Positions 12,713-25,249 are shown, numbered from the whole stretch's first letter. The stretch: 63,504 nucleotides of DNA, filler included, from Octopus bimaculoides (GCF_001194135.2; 7 parts of 7 records of this genome joined end to end with filler, not necessarily neighbours in it); one strand, 5' to 3'. Notes: generated by a model not told the origin, from the sequence alone. Program-made: numbers and translations.

Positions 12713-12966
12713 AACTGAAATCTTGAAACCATGATATAATGCATGATTAATAGAAAACGATGTGAATAAATAAGCATTACATTTGACAAGTAGATGTAAC
12801 TCCTTTCAAACACACCTAACACTTAAGTAGCTGCCAAAAAAGCCAAAGTTTTCTGTTCTATGTAACAGATGACGAAAGATCATGACAACTAGCGAGACAA
12901 AGCAGAATCAGAACTATGGAACTTACGACAGTATGATGTAAAACAAGGAGCATCATCATCATTTAA

Positions 12967-13183
12967 CCTATTAGCATTCAAACCAGCCATATCCGGACGA
13001 AATATTCTACCTGTTTTTAGTTCAAACCAGCCAGATGCAACCTCTCACATCTACCCCATAATGTCCTAAAATTAAGCAATCACATCATGAAAACCTCAAA
13101 GCTGCAAGAAGATACATGAATAATTCAAAACAATGTGAATAAATAAGCGCCAAATTTGACAGAAGAATCTGAATGCTAAAGGG
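12967..13183. mobile_element. TTAA-flanked MITE (piggyBac-like ends)
   Basis: TTAA-CCTATTAGCATTC ... GAATGCTAAAGGG-TTAA. Confidence 0.85.
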
Positions 13184-13427
13184 TTAACATCTGTTTTCCA
13201 TGCTGGCATGGATTGGACAGTTTGACAGAAACTAGCAAGCCAAAGAGCTGCACCAGACTTCAATTGGTTGTTTTGGCACAGTTTCTACAACTAGAAGCCC
13301 TTCCAAATGCCAACCACTTCACAGAGCATACTGGGTGCTTATGTGGCACCAGCACAAGATTTTTTTACACAGGATGTAGATAGAAATTTCTGTGACAACA
13401 GAGTCACAATAGATTCAAGCATCTACA

Positions 13428-13816
13428 CTTACTCTTTTACTTGTTTCAGTCATTTGACTGCAGCCATGCTGGAGCACCGCCTTTAGTCAAGCAAATCGAC
13501 CCCAGGACTCATTCTTTGTAAGCCTAGTACTTATTCTATCGGTCTCTTTTGCCGAACCACTAAATTACGGGGACGTAAACACAGCACCACCGGTTGTCAA
13601 GCAATGTTGGGGGGACAGACAGACACACAAACATATATATATATACATATATACGACAGGCTTCTTTCAGCTTCCGTCTACCAAATTCATTCACAAGGCT
13701 TTGGTCGGCCTGAGGCTATAGTAGAAGACACTTGCCCAAGGTGCCACGCTTTGGGAATGAACCCGAAACCATGTGGTTGGTAAGCAAGCTACTTACCACA
13801 CAGCCACTCCAGTGCC
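13428..13816 (-). mobile_element. SINE family A, near full length
   Basis: Reverse complement of the 12288-12712 type, CpGs largely retained. Confidence 0.9.
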
Positions 13817-14779
13817 TATATACAATATACACTTAATACAAACCATTAATTTTGTCCATTTAACTCTACTATATTTACAGCAGTTTTTTTTTAATGATGA
13901 AAATTAAAGTTGTGTCACCAATGATTTGATTTTCAGCATTTCCCTGTGCAACAGTCGAAGCAGTAAAGTTCATTAATTCCCCTCCAAGGCTTCATGTAAC
14001 CCTTTCTAATGAAATATATTGGTTTCAAACTTTGGCACAAGGCCAGCAATTTCAGGGGAGAGGTAAATGAATTATATCAACCCTAAAAGGATGAAAAGCA
14101 AAGTCGACCATGATGGAATTTAAAATGGCTGATATTTAAGTGATGTCATTTTTCATGTGATCTAGTGGTGTTGCAAAATTTGACTTGTGCATGTTAATTT
14201 CCATTATGTCCTTTATATTGTACCAAAATTTCATGCATTTATTTGTAAAGTTAAGGAAATTATTAAAAACTGAAAACCATCAGTGACTTTTAGGACACCA
14301 TACAGACATTATTCGGTGATTCTACATAAATGTCAATAATTCCCTCAAGAGAACAGCACACCATTATTCATAAACTACATTCATGAGTAAGTTTAGCTTG
14401 GTGACAAGTACCATGCTTTTGCCAATTGTTTTAGGTGCCTGTCTAGTCACAAGCAGACAGTCACTCTCTTATGGCCTTTCTCACCCGACCTACTGGAACA
14501 TTCAGGATATGATAGGTGGAGGGCGAAAGAACTGGTACTCCTTACAAATGAGTAGACAAGAGCAATGTAAATTGGAGTGCGTTGTTCAAGATTTGAACCC
14601 ACAAATCAAGCAAAAGACAAAAGTTGAGCAAAGTGATAATCTGAGGAAGCTGAACATCAAAATACATGATAATGAACAATAAGTATGGGGGGGGGGGACT
14701 TATGTTTAAGAACACCTGCCAAATCAATGCAAGAATGGTTTAAAAAACAAAGGGAGGTGGGTGTAAAAGACCCTTCACA

Positions 14780-15005
14780 AATCATATAGACTCATACGAC
14801 TGATTTCCAGGTTTCTGCGAAGCATATATTTCCCCACATGCACAGGATGGCAGTCCCTTGCAGGGCTACTCATTCTTGCCAGCTGCGTGGACTGGAGCAA
14901 CGTGAAATGAAGTGTCTTGCTCAAGGACACAACACATTGCCAGGTCCAAGAATCAAAACCACAATCTTACGATCACGAGTCCAACATTCTAACCACTATG
15001 CCATG
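14780..15005 (-). mobile_element. SINE family C
   Basis: GGACTGGAGCAACGTGAAATGAAGTGTCTTGCTCAAGGACACAAC core; reverse head CTAACCACTATGCCATGC. Confidence 0.8.
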
Positions 15006-15168
15006 CATCATCACCATATATATATACATATATATATATGTATATATATATATATGTATATATANNNNNNNNNNNNNNNNNNNNNNNNNNNNNNNNNNNN
15101 NNNNNNNNTTAATTAATTAANNNNNNNNNNNNNNNNNNNNNNNNNNNNNNNNNNNNNNNNNNNNGGGG

Positions 15169-15574
15169 TATAGGAAAGTTGGTTATACATCATTAGATGT
15201 ATACCTGACTTTCCTATATAAAATTAAAGAATATAACGGAACGCTGAACTCCAGACTATCAACTTAAACAACATTTATTCAAGTGGTAAATATATACATC
15301 TTTAGTTCTTGTTGTTACAGCTTCTGTGTGTATGAGCATAGTTGTTGGGACGTTGTTCTGTAGTTGTAAGCGAGCTGTCGAGTGTAAGTCCGAAAGATGT
15401 AGAGAGACAGCTTAACACGTAAAGAGACTGTCTCCAGGTTGGAGTATTAGAGACACTCTTGACACGTCCGTGCTCATGGTCGGCCGACCGTAAAAGAGAA
15501 AGATTAAAGAGGGAACGCTTGCTTGTTTAATTCCACGCATGCGTGAGACTACGCATGCGCACGGCGTTCCTACA
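15169..15574 (-). mobile_element. Probable solo LTR
   Basis: Ends TATAGGA (TGTAGGA with one change) and TCCTACA; GGGG on both flanks (left abuts a gap); minus-strand AATAAA near 15275; CpG-rich. Confidence 0.6.
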
Positions 15575-16019
15575 GGGGGATGGCAAACTGGTAGTGGGAG
15601 CATTTCAGCTCTGTGTGAATATATGTGTGTGTATGTAAAAGGGAGGCATGTGAATGTGTGTGTGTGTCAATAGAAGTGGGATGGTAAACATTCAACACTG
15701 AAAAGAAAAATCAAACAGCGTTTCACCTCTGTGTGAGTATATGTGTGTATAAGGGAAGTATGTGAATGTATTTGTGAACCAGCGTTCTTTCAGTAACAAA
15801 CGATGATTGATGTCACATCTCAAAAGACAACCACTAGATAACATTGATAAGTGTATTAATTTGATCTACTATCCATATTAATATATAAAATACTACAATT
15901 AGCCATCGTTTTTGACGGCACGGGGCCAGCTAGTTCTTCATATAATACTAAACGCTGTTTCATAAAAGAGTTGATTCTGACGTTACACCTCTTTCTCAAG
16001 TTCAAGAACCAGCAGCGAT

Positions 16020-16480
16020 CAGCACAGGAAGCTATAATGACTGTCTTTTGGGATAACAAAGGCGTCATTTTCGTTGATTTTATGGATCTTGACTATTACG
16101 AACAGCGCACGGTGCATTGAGACACTAATGGTACTTAGAGAAGCCACGCGAAGAAGGAGACCAAACAAGAATCCGAAAATAGCGACATTCATCATGACAA
16201 TGCACGACTACACACAGTTTTGGTAACAAATGAAATAATCGTTAAATTGGGCTGGTCAGTGGTCTTCCATCCATTGTACAGCTCAAACTTGGAGCTCTCC
16301 AGCTTCCACCTGCCCAGTCTATTGAAGGACAGTCTTCGGAGTCAATGATTTGATGATAGACGAGTTGAAATTAATCGTGAAGGAGTGAGTACAACAATGT
16401 ATATATGACTTTTTTTTCAAACATGATTTGCTTGTGGTGGAAACTATATTCAGTATTATCTTTGCATAGAGGAAATGTTT
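16020..16480 (+). mobile_element. Decayed mariner transposase fragment
   Basis: MTVFWDNKGVIFVDF, HHDNARLH, LGWSVVFHPLYSSNL (HPPYSPDL-like); frameshifts. Confidence 0.8.
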
Positions 16481-16802
16481 CTCCACTAACACGTACAATT
16501 TGAACAACCGGTGCCAGTTATTCTTTCTACTCTAGGTACAAGGGCCGAAATTTTTCGGGAGGGGACCAGTCGATTAGATCGACCCTATTACGCAACTGGT
16601 ACTTAATTTATCGACCTCGAAAGGATGAAAAGCAAAGTCGAGCTCGGCGGGACCTGTGCCAGTTATTAAAAAAGTTATGTTCACTTTTACACTACTTCTG
16701 GTATAACCCTCGTATAATTCATAACACGCAAATAAGTCGATAATCTTTCAGTTTAATGTGTTTAAAAAAAAAAGCAAATGAAAATGAAGCGTAAATGACG
16801 GC

Positions 16803-17048
16803 ATCTACACTCACAAAGTGATTGTGCACCAGGAGAACTTTGTGGATTTCACAAATGAGGACGTCCACACGCAAAATGTGGAGAATATGTGGATGCGGAT
16901 GAAAAGAAAATTACGGCGACAATTTGGAACGTTGGACAATTTACTTGTGTCATATTTACACGAATTCATATGGAGAAATTCTGTTCCCACTTCCCCCCAA
17001 AATGGCCTTTCGTTCACTTTTGGTGGTTATAGCCCAGGTCTACGTTAA
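16803..17048 (+). mobile_element. Merlin (IS1595-like) transposase C-terminal fragment
   Basis: VHQENFVD..VHTQNVENMWMRMKRKLRRQFG...SYLHEFIWR matches the IS1595/Merlin HTQxIExxW...YLxEFxWR signature. Confidence 0.8.
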
Positions 17049-17436
17049 CAGTTGACTTATTTATCCCCCCTTGTTATTTCTTCTTTCATTTTTATTTATT
17101 TTCTAAAACCCCCTAAACTGAAAGATTACCATAAAGTCAATTACTACGGTGTAATCCCTGCCGAAATAACAATACTTACTGCGTTTCATGATACTAATGT
17201 TTTTATTTTTTTAAATATAACAGCGTAAATACTTGTACAACTGTAAACAATTAACAAAATATAATTAAAAAAACTCAATTTATTTTGTTTTCGTGCTGAT
17301 TGTTGTAGAGTTAATATACTATCTTTAGTTTCTGGTTGAAGTCAGATCCCTTCAATTCAACAATTTATACTCGTGAGAAAGACATGAACGTTCCAACGAT
17401 TCATAAAACAATTCGCCCCCAAATTACAATCAGCCT

Positions 17437-18592
17437 CCTCAGGCTTCATTGTCTGTTCTGGCAAGGTTTCTACGGCTGGATGCCCTTCCCAACGCCAACC
17501 ACTCCACAAAGTGCATTGGATGCTTTTATTTTTTTTTATACGGTACCACCCCCAGTGCTTTTAATGTGACACTAGCACGAGTACTTTTTATGTGGTACCA
17601 GCACCAGGTATCAATTCTGCTGTGGCGGATGGGTCTTCTTGAGTACAGCAGTGCGCCAGATAGTCGATCCTTATTCATCTCCTTCGTAAGGCTCGATATC
17701 TTGAAATCGGCTTTTAATACTTCTTCCCATGTCTCCCTCGGCCTCTCTTTTCCTCAAGATCCATCCACTTCGAACGATCGGCACTTTTGTATGCAACTGT
17801 CCACATCCATACGCATCATTTCACCAATCCAGCGCAGTCTTTTCTCTTGCACGCTGCATCTAATTCTTCTTATGCCCAACTTTTCCCTCAGTATATTAGC
17901 GCTCTGCTGCATATGTACACTGACATTACACAACCAGAGCGTATTAGCTTCATTCCACTCAAGCTTTCGCATGTCTTCTGTATGGCTGTTCTTATAATGC
18001 ATCATACAATCTTTCTTTCACTCAGAGAGAGAGAGAGAGAGAGAGAGATCTTTGGCTGCCAACAGAGGTAAAAGCTCTCTAAATTTTCTCCATCCTATTC
18101 TTATTCTATCGATTACACTTGCCTTGCATCCTCCTCATCGACTAATTAAGTCCTCCGTAGCAGTAATTGTCTACTACCTCGAAAGAGCTTCTGAGGTATT
18201 TGAGAAAATCGATTTCCTGCGTATCTGTAGATTTTATGACTCCTGTGCATCTTCCACATACAAACACTACCTTCTCTGATAACCTTCCTATTATTCCACT
18301 GCACCTCTTGAGTGCATAGCTTAGACTGGGTACACTATATTGAATTCCTACCCACACCTTTTCTACATATCGAGCAGGGCCATTTACCTGATGTGGGGAG
18401 GGTCCTGTCCGTTTTATTGCTAACTAGAACCGTAGTTTTTGCTAAGTTAATCTTAAGGTTCTTTGATTCCGAAGTTTGCTTTCACACCTAGAATTTCTTT
18501 TCTAGTTCTGTAACAGAATCTGCTATACGAGCAAGGTCATCAACATATAACAGTTCCCAGGGGGCAACCAGTCTTGAATTCCTGTTGTAGTT
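17437..18592 (-). mobile_element. 5'-truncated RTE-like LINE (RT core to 3' UTR), decayed
   Basis: GCPWELLYVDDL (YADD box), KINLAKT, Cys/His cluster, RLRWIGEMMRM, ERPRETW, then the shared 3' UTR. Confidence 0.9.
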
Positions 18593-19728
18593 TTGTGATA
18601 CATAAGAACACTCGTGTTTATATCGCTGGCGAGCGATACAAACATGAGTTTATATACAATATGCATATACATATTGATGCAGATATGTGCATATATTTCT
18701 GTGCGTAAATACGTGTAAGTTTATGCGTATATGAGCAGTAAATGATCCTTAGTGACAAAACGCTGTCTTTTATATATGAGCATGCGTGTATATGTGACTA
18801 GTAAGACTTCTTTCTAATTTCTGTTTTAACTATAGTAGGGTGTTGAATTTATTATTTAGTATTCATTTTTTTCATTGTTTCCCTATTCCAACTGGTAGTT
18901 ACGCTCAACAGCTCGTTAAAATTAGTTCACCATTACAATAGGGAATTAAATTTTCGCTTATTTATTTATTTATTTATTTATTTGTGTATGTGTGTGTGTG
19001 TGCTGGGATATGTCTATATTAATTAACTGAACTAGTTTAGATGTTATATATATTACTTTTATAATACATCTCGACCGAGTAAAACCGAGATATATCACGT
19101 CATATTTTACTCACGTTACGTCTTCTGTTTATCTTACTATTCAATTGAAAGAAATTTTATATATCTGTGAAATATTGTCTAATGAAAAATACTATTATCT
19201 AGATTGTTCTATTTATCAAAACAACGGAGTTTGTCTAATTTATCTGTAGAAACAAGTAACATAACTCATATGAGTTATCTCCCTGGGACTAGTCAGGGTT
19301 GGCAATTCCCAATTTTTTATTATTAAAAAGCACTAAATTAAGGAGAGGGGGAAAATATCAATAAAAAGAATCTAAACAAAACAAAATCCCATAAATAGGT
19401 ATAAATATAAAAAAAAGAACTTGTATTAAAACTTTCAATTTAAATAAAATTAAAATAAAATTAACATTATCACTTTTGTTTTTACTCTAAAATATTTTCG
19501 ATTTTCCGATCAAAAACGGGAAGAGAAAATGTGTTTTCCCACGAGAATGGACAGTTTTTGATCGATGCTGCTGATGTAAGATCTACCACATTAATTATAG
19601 ACTGTACAATATATCAAATAATCGTGTAAACACGTGTCCACATTGTTGATATGATAGACGGATGTTGTGCGTATAGTGTTGTGAGTTGAGCCAATTTTCA
19701 GACGTGTTTAAATAGGGGAGCCTTAGAG

Positions 19729-20482
19729 CAGGGGTGGGAGAACTTTTAAAACCAATTACCCCAAAGTATATTTATTTACGCCGACGTTATCCCCTTCATT
19801 TGAAAGGAAGAACATCAGAGATTCTTTGAATTGGAAATGTTTATTGAATGAATTTACATGGAAAATACAATTGCGATAAGATAAATTAACATCCCCATTA
19901 TGAAACAAACAGATTTTTTAAAAAACTTTTTCACTTCAGGTTTTGGCGAAATGATGTTATTTCATTTTTGTTACAATTAAATCAAAACTGGGGTATTTTG
20001 ACACCAGAGCAATTTGGATAGTCCTCGGGGTCCAATCGATTATTCTGCGTTTTGTTTATGTTCATTAGAATGGGTAATCTTTGTTCGCAAAGGTAGATTG
20101 TTGCAAAAGGCAACGACTTTTTGACTGCTTCCTCGTGCCAAAAGAAAAAATTCTGTCGTAACAAGGTACACGTTTTTTTTTTTAATGTAATTTTACTTAT
20201 GTCTAGTGAGTCCTCGAGGAGGCGCAATGTAATTCAAAGGGTCAGCCTTGTCACACTGTGTCACGCTGAATATCCCCGAGAACTACGTTAAGGGTACACG
20301 TGTCTGTGGCGTACTCAGCCACTTACATGTCAATTTCACGAGCAGGCTGTTCCGTTGATCAGATCAACTGGAACCCTCGTCGTCATAAGCGATGGAGTGC
20401 CAACAACAGTGAGTCCTCATTACTCCTAAGAATTTTATTTTTACCCCACTTGGGGTAGTGTAACTCGGTTCGCCGACTCCTG
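19729..20482 (-). mobile_element. hAT (Charlie/Buster-like) deletion derivative retaining the transposase C-terminus
   Basis: TIRs CAGGGGTGGGAGAAC / GTTCGCCGACTCCTG; perfect TSD CCTTAGAG; PFATIYLCEQ...NRLDPE dimerisation motif. Confidence 0.9.
20216..20407 (+). mobile_element. Internally deleted tRNA-SINE nested in the hAT element
   Basis: 11-bp TSD AGTGAGTCCTC (20205-20215, 20408-20418); starts GAGGAGGCGCAATG, ends CCAACAAC. Confidence 0.8.
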
Positions 20483-20679
20483 CCTTAGAGTGCCCCACAC
20501 TGGTTCTCCTGGAATATTGCAGCAGCGATTCAATCAATAATACATACATCAGCAAAAATATTGATTATGAGCAGGTGTATATAATATCAGATTCAATGAA
20601 GTCCAAAATTGTGCTGTATGATGTAATTTCTACAATGCTACAAATTTTAGCTCAGTAAACGATAATGCGTGTTAAGATT

Positions 20680-21035
20680 TAAAATACTTTGGATGTGTTC
20701 AGTTACGCTCACAGATTTCTTTAATTATATATATCTTTTAACTAAACAGTTTGAAACTTCGTATATTGGTGTAATTTCTCATGCTGAACACGGTTCACTT
20801 GCAGCATTTTGGACAAAATTTTGTATTTTAGAAGTTATTTCGTGTTAAAGTTGTCGTATTTGGATAATTTTAACCAATCAACGACGTGTATTCGGCTGAA
20901 GAAAGCTACTGCTGAAAAAAAAAAAGAATTAAAAATCTGTGATCGAAACTGAACAGATCACACTCTTTAGTCACATTTACTTCTAATCGTACATATGATA
21001 TTAGACTCCAATTTTTTGACATGTCTGGATATATC
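20680..21035. mobile_element. Unclassified interspersed repeat, probably a non-autonomous DNA transposon; inverted relative near 21610-21730
   Basis: TTGTCGTATTTGGATAATTTTAACCAATCA matches the reverse complement of TGATTGGTTGAAATTATCGAAATAAGACAA near 21618-21647. Confidence 0.45.
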
Positions 21036-22264
21036 NNNNNNNNNNNNNNNNNNNNNNNNNNNNNNNNNNNNNNNNNNNNNNNNNNNNNNNNNNNNNNNNN
21101 NNNNNNNNNNNNNNNNNNNNNNNNNNNNNNNNNNNNNNNNNNNNNNNNNNNNNNNNNNNNNNNNNNNNNNNNNNNNNNNNNNNNNNNNNNNNNNNNNNNN
21201 NNNNNNNNNNNNNNNNNNNNNNNNNNNNNNNNNNNNNNNNNNNNNNNNNNNNNNNNNNNNNNNNNNNNNNNNNNNNNNNNNNNNNNNNNNNNNNNNNNNN
21301 NNNNNNNNNNNNNNNNNNNNNNNNNNNNNNNNNNNNNNNNNNNNNNNNNNNNNNNNNNNNNNNNNNNNNNNNNNNNNNNNNNNNNNNNNNNNNNNNNNNN
21401 NNNNNNNNNNNNNNNNNNNNNNNNNGGCTGAAACATATTGGCAGTAGCTAATAAACCTTTCTATTATAGGCACAAGGCATGGTTTTTGAGGGAAGGAGCA
21501 AGTCAATTAGGGTTAGGGTTAGGGAAAATGAACACACGTGTGTTACCTCTGCAAAATGTCAGAAGTAATGGAGATTAAATACGCTTTACACCGCTTAAAG
21601 TGCCAAAGGAGTGTCAGTGATTGGTTGAAATTATCGAAATAAGACAATTTTTTTACATAAAATAAATCCGAATACAAAAAATTTTTTCTGTTCTATAACA
21701 CAAAATAGATAAGTATACGAAGTTTGAAAGTCTTTCGGTACCAAAAAACACTACATTAAACATTAATGAAAACTGGTGCCCCCGTTTTGAACAGGATCCT
21801 GACAATCTGTATATCCTACTTAATGTGGGTGAATGTATAATTAAAACACCGAGTATTGCGGTATTCACATTGAGAGATCCTTTCATATAGATGCACTGTG
21901 TTAAGAGCACAGGCATAAATTCTTATGCAAAGATCACGTGATTTAGCAGTTCCAGTATCCATGCCGGACAGTTCTTGTCTGCTAACGCTGTATGTTTGTG
22001 CTCTTAGCACCGTGCATCTGGACCGCTAGGTTACGGGGACGTAAACACCAACACCGGCTGTCGAGCGGTGGTCACACACACACGCACACACATGCATATA
22101 TGTAGAAGTCTCAATTGTATGATAGAATTTGGTAGCCGATACCAGTGGAACAGCTTTGCAAAACGTATACAATGTTTTTTTTACTCCGATTATATTAAAA
22201 TATGTATGTGTGTGTGTGTGCGTGTGTGTGTGCGTGCGTGTGTGTGTGTGTGTATGTATGTATA

Positions 22265-22654
22265 TATTCTTTTACTCTTTTACTTGTTTCAGTCATTTGA
22301 CTGCGGCCATGCTGGAGCATCGCCTTTTAGTCGAGCTAATCGATCCCAGGACTTATTCTTTGTAAGCCTAGTACTTATTCTATCGGTTCTCTTTTGCCGA
22401 ACCGCTAAGTTACGGGGACGTAAACACACCAGCATCGGTTGTCAAGCGATGTTGAGGGGGACAAACACAGACACACACACATACATATACATATATATAC
22501 ACATATACGACGGGCTTCTTTCAGTTTCCGTCTACCAAATCCACTCACAAGGCTTTGGTTGGCCCGAGGCTATAGTAAAAGACACTTGCCCCAGGTGCCA
22601 CGCAGTGGGATTGAACCCGGAACTATGTGGTTGGTAAGCAAGCTACTTACCACA
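22265..22654 (-). mobile_element. SINE family A, near full length
   Basis: Reverse complement of the family A body and tail. Confidence 0.9.
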
Positions 22655-22929
22655 GTATGTAATAGCCGATATAGATGTTGGTTGGTTGGTCGATTTCTTC
22701 AGTAATGCTTTACATCGTGTAGAGGGAGAAAGGGTAAATGAGAGATACAGAGATAGTTAATATAAGAAGTGCAGGATGAGTGCAGGTACTAGGCTTGGTA
22801 ACAGGCAATGAGTAGGTTGCAATTATACTGATGGAATTTAGAAAGCTAAAATACATTCATTGCCAATATACAAATAAAGAATTCGTTTCATTTAATTTCA
22901 CTTTGAGGTGATATATATTTTCCTTTGCA

Positions 22930-23370
22930 ACACTAATTCTTATCCCTGACCTGCAGTACTCAGCAGCAAACCCATTTAGTACATGCTGGAGATCATCTTC
23001 TGATGAGCCAAATAGCACCATGTCGTCTTCAAATATCAGTCGACCGATCTTATACCCCCGCCCCTATTGTGATACAACTTCCACAGAAGAAGGAACCCGA
23101 ATCGTGCAAATTTTTGAAGGATTATTCTCCTATCAGCTAAGCGAATTTTACACCGTCAGCTTCAAGTTAATTTTGTATGATATCCCTTTCTCTTTTAATC
23201 ACCATATAAAGCTGATTAATGTTGTAACGCTCTGTCTAGTTCGATGGTGAGTATAGCCAAAGATGGGAATTAGACCTTCCAGGATCTTCTATTTGTGTAT
23301 CACTGCACATATTTCACGCATTCTCTCAAGTGACTGGACAAAGGTGATCTTTCGCAATAGGATAGGAACA
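22930..23370 (-). mobile_element. Decayed RTE-like LINE RT fragment (second family)
   Basis: GYKIGRLIFEDDMVLFGSSEDDLQHVLNGFAAEYCRSGIRISVAK resembles the FADD..LQ..L..F...GM.IS region. Confidence 0.75.
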
Positions 23371-24055
23371 TATATGTACAGGATTGAAAATGGAAGAAAA
23401 TGAATAAAAGTAACGAGTTATATTCAATGACAATCATAAAATAATACGGCGTAGTTTTGGAACAGCTGTTCCTCGAAGTTCCATCTCATGGAAATGTAAA
23501 ACAATAATCTTCTTTATCATCCTTCCACCCCTCTCTCTCTCTCTCTTTCGCTTACGATGACATTTCTGTAGAATAGCACCAGAAATTATCTAGCGCGCCC
23601 AATACAGAAATTTCTTCGAACCTGTGCGGATTATTAATCTAAAAGGAAAAAAAAAAAAAAAAAAAAAAAANNNNNNNNNNNNNNNNNNNNNNNNNNNNNN
23701 NNNNNNNNNNNNNNTTAATTAATTAANNNNNNNNNNNNNNNNNNNNNNNNNNNNNNNNNNNNNNNNNNNNTCCATTCAGTTTCCAGTCTGATTATTGTCA
23801 CCTTGACTCTGAATCTATCAACGGTTCTTGTTTTCCTTTTCCTTCTTCTTTATTCCGATCGAGAACTTAACAACGAAAGGTCCTTTTTTTAAGAAATTAC
23901 ATCACCGTTCCCACTGATATCAGTGGGATAAGACAACAACCTTTACCCTTTAAGAGAGATTCTCTCCACCAAAAACTCTGTCTTCCATTCTCCTCTCTTG
24001 ACTGATCGAACATAAACCGACAATATTTCACAATACTGGCCACGATCGACAGCTC

Positions 24056-24092
<37 letters not shown>

Positions 24093-24434
24093 TTCGGTGT
24101 TTGTTTTCGTGAAGAGCAGAAGGATAGAAAAAAATAGGGTGTGATCTTCGTTGAAAAATGAAACTGACAAGAAGATGAAGAGTGAAAAACGATAACAGAC
24201 GCCGGTATATATTTCCAGGAGACCCCTTTTCCGGTTTTAACCCCCGAAATATATATATATATATATATGTGTGTAATTATAAAATTATTGGAGACCCTGC
24301 CAAGCTTGTGTAGAAACAAGCGTGAAGCAGCCAAACGAGCTTCTCACATCAGCTGGGGTCATTGAATTATCTACCCTTAGTAGGAGTAAACTTCCGCACA
24401 CAAATATAGATGTATAACATCCGCTAGATACAAA

Positions 24435-25201
24435 TATTACGACATCTTACATAGGTCTTAAAGTACCACTTCCGATATGTATTTATTACATATTATAACT
24501 TTCTGCTAGGTAGCTGTTACGACATTACATCTCTAACATATGCCTTTAAAATATGACTTCTGCTCCACAGTTGTCACGACAACTTACATTTGTCTTAAAA
24601 TGTTACTTTCGCTACATAACCACTACAGCTTATATATATATATATANNNNNNNNNNNNNNNNNNNNNNNNNNNNNNNNNNNNNNNNNNNNNNNNNNNNNN
24701 NNNNNNNNNNNNNNNNNNNNNNNNNNNNNNNNNNNNNNNNNNNNNNNNNNNNNNNNNNNNNNNNNNNNNNNNNNNNNNNNNNNNNNNNNNNNNNNNNNNN
24801 NNNNNNNNNNNNNNNNNNNNNNNNNNNNNNNNNNNNNNNNNNNNNNNNNNNNNNNNNNNNNNNNNNNNNNNNNNNNNNNNNNNNNNNNNNNNNNNNNNNN
24901 NNNNNNNNNNNNNNNNNNNNNNNNNNNNNNNNNNNNNNNNNNNNNNNNNNNNNNNNNNNNNNNNNNNNNNNNNNNNNNNNNNNNNNNNNNNNNNNNNNNN
25001 NNNNNNNNNNNNNNNNNNNNNNNNNNNNNNNNNNNNNNNNNNNNNNNNNNNNNNNNNNNNNNNNNNNNNNNNNNNNNNNNNNNNNNNNNNNNNNNNNNNN
25101 NNNNNNNNNNNNNNNNNNNNNNNNNNNNNNNNNNNNNNNNNNNNNNNNNNNNNNNNNNNNNNNNNNNNNNNNNNNNNNNNNNNNNNNNNNNNNNNNNNNN
25201 N

Positions 25202-25249
<48 letters not shown>

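Noticed and set aside
15109-15120. TTAATTAATTAA between N runs (also 23716, 39032, 43686, 54948, 61244)
   Set aside because: Identical 12-mer centred in gaps with stops in all six frames: an assembly spacer, not biology.
19261-19278. Perfect 18-bp palindrome ATAACTCATATGAGTTAT
   Set aside because: AT-rich; expected by chance in 63 kb.
21508-21523. GGTTAGGGTTAGGG telomeric repeat
   Set aside because: Only about two units; chance or part of an interspersed repeat.
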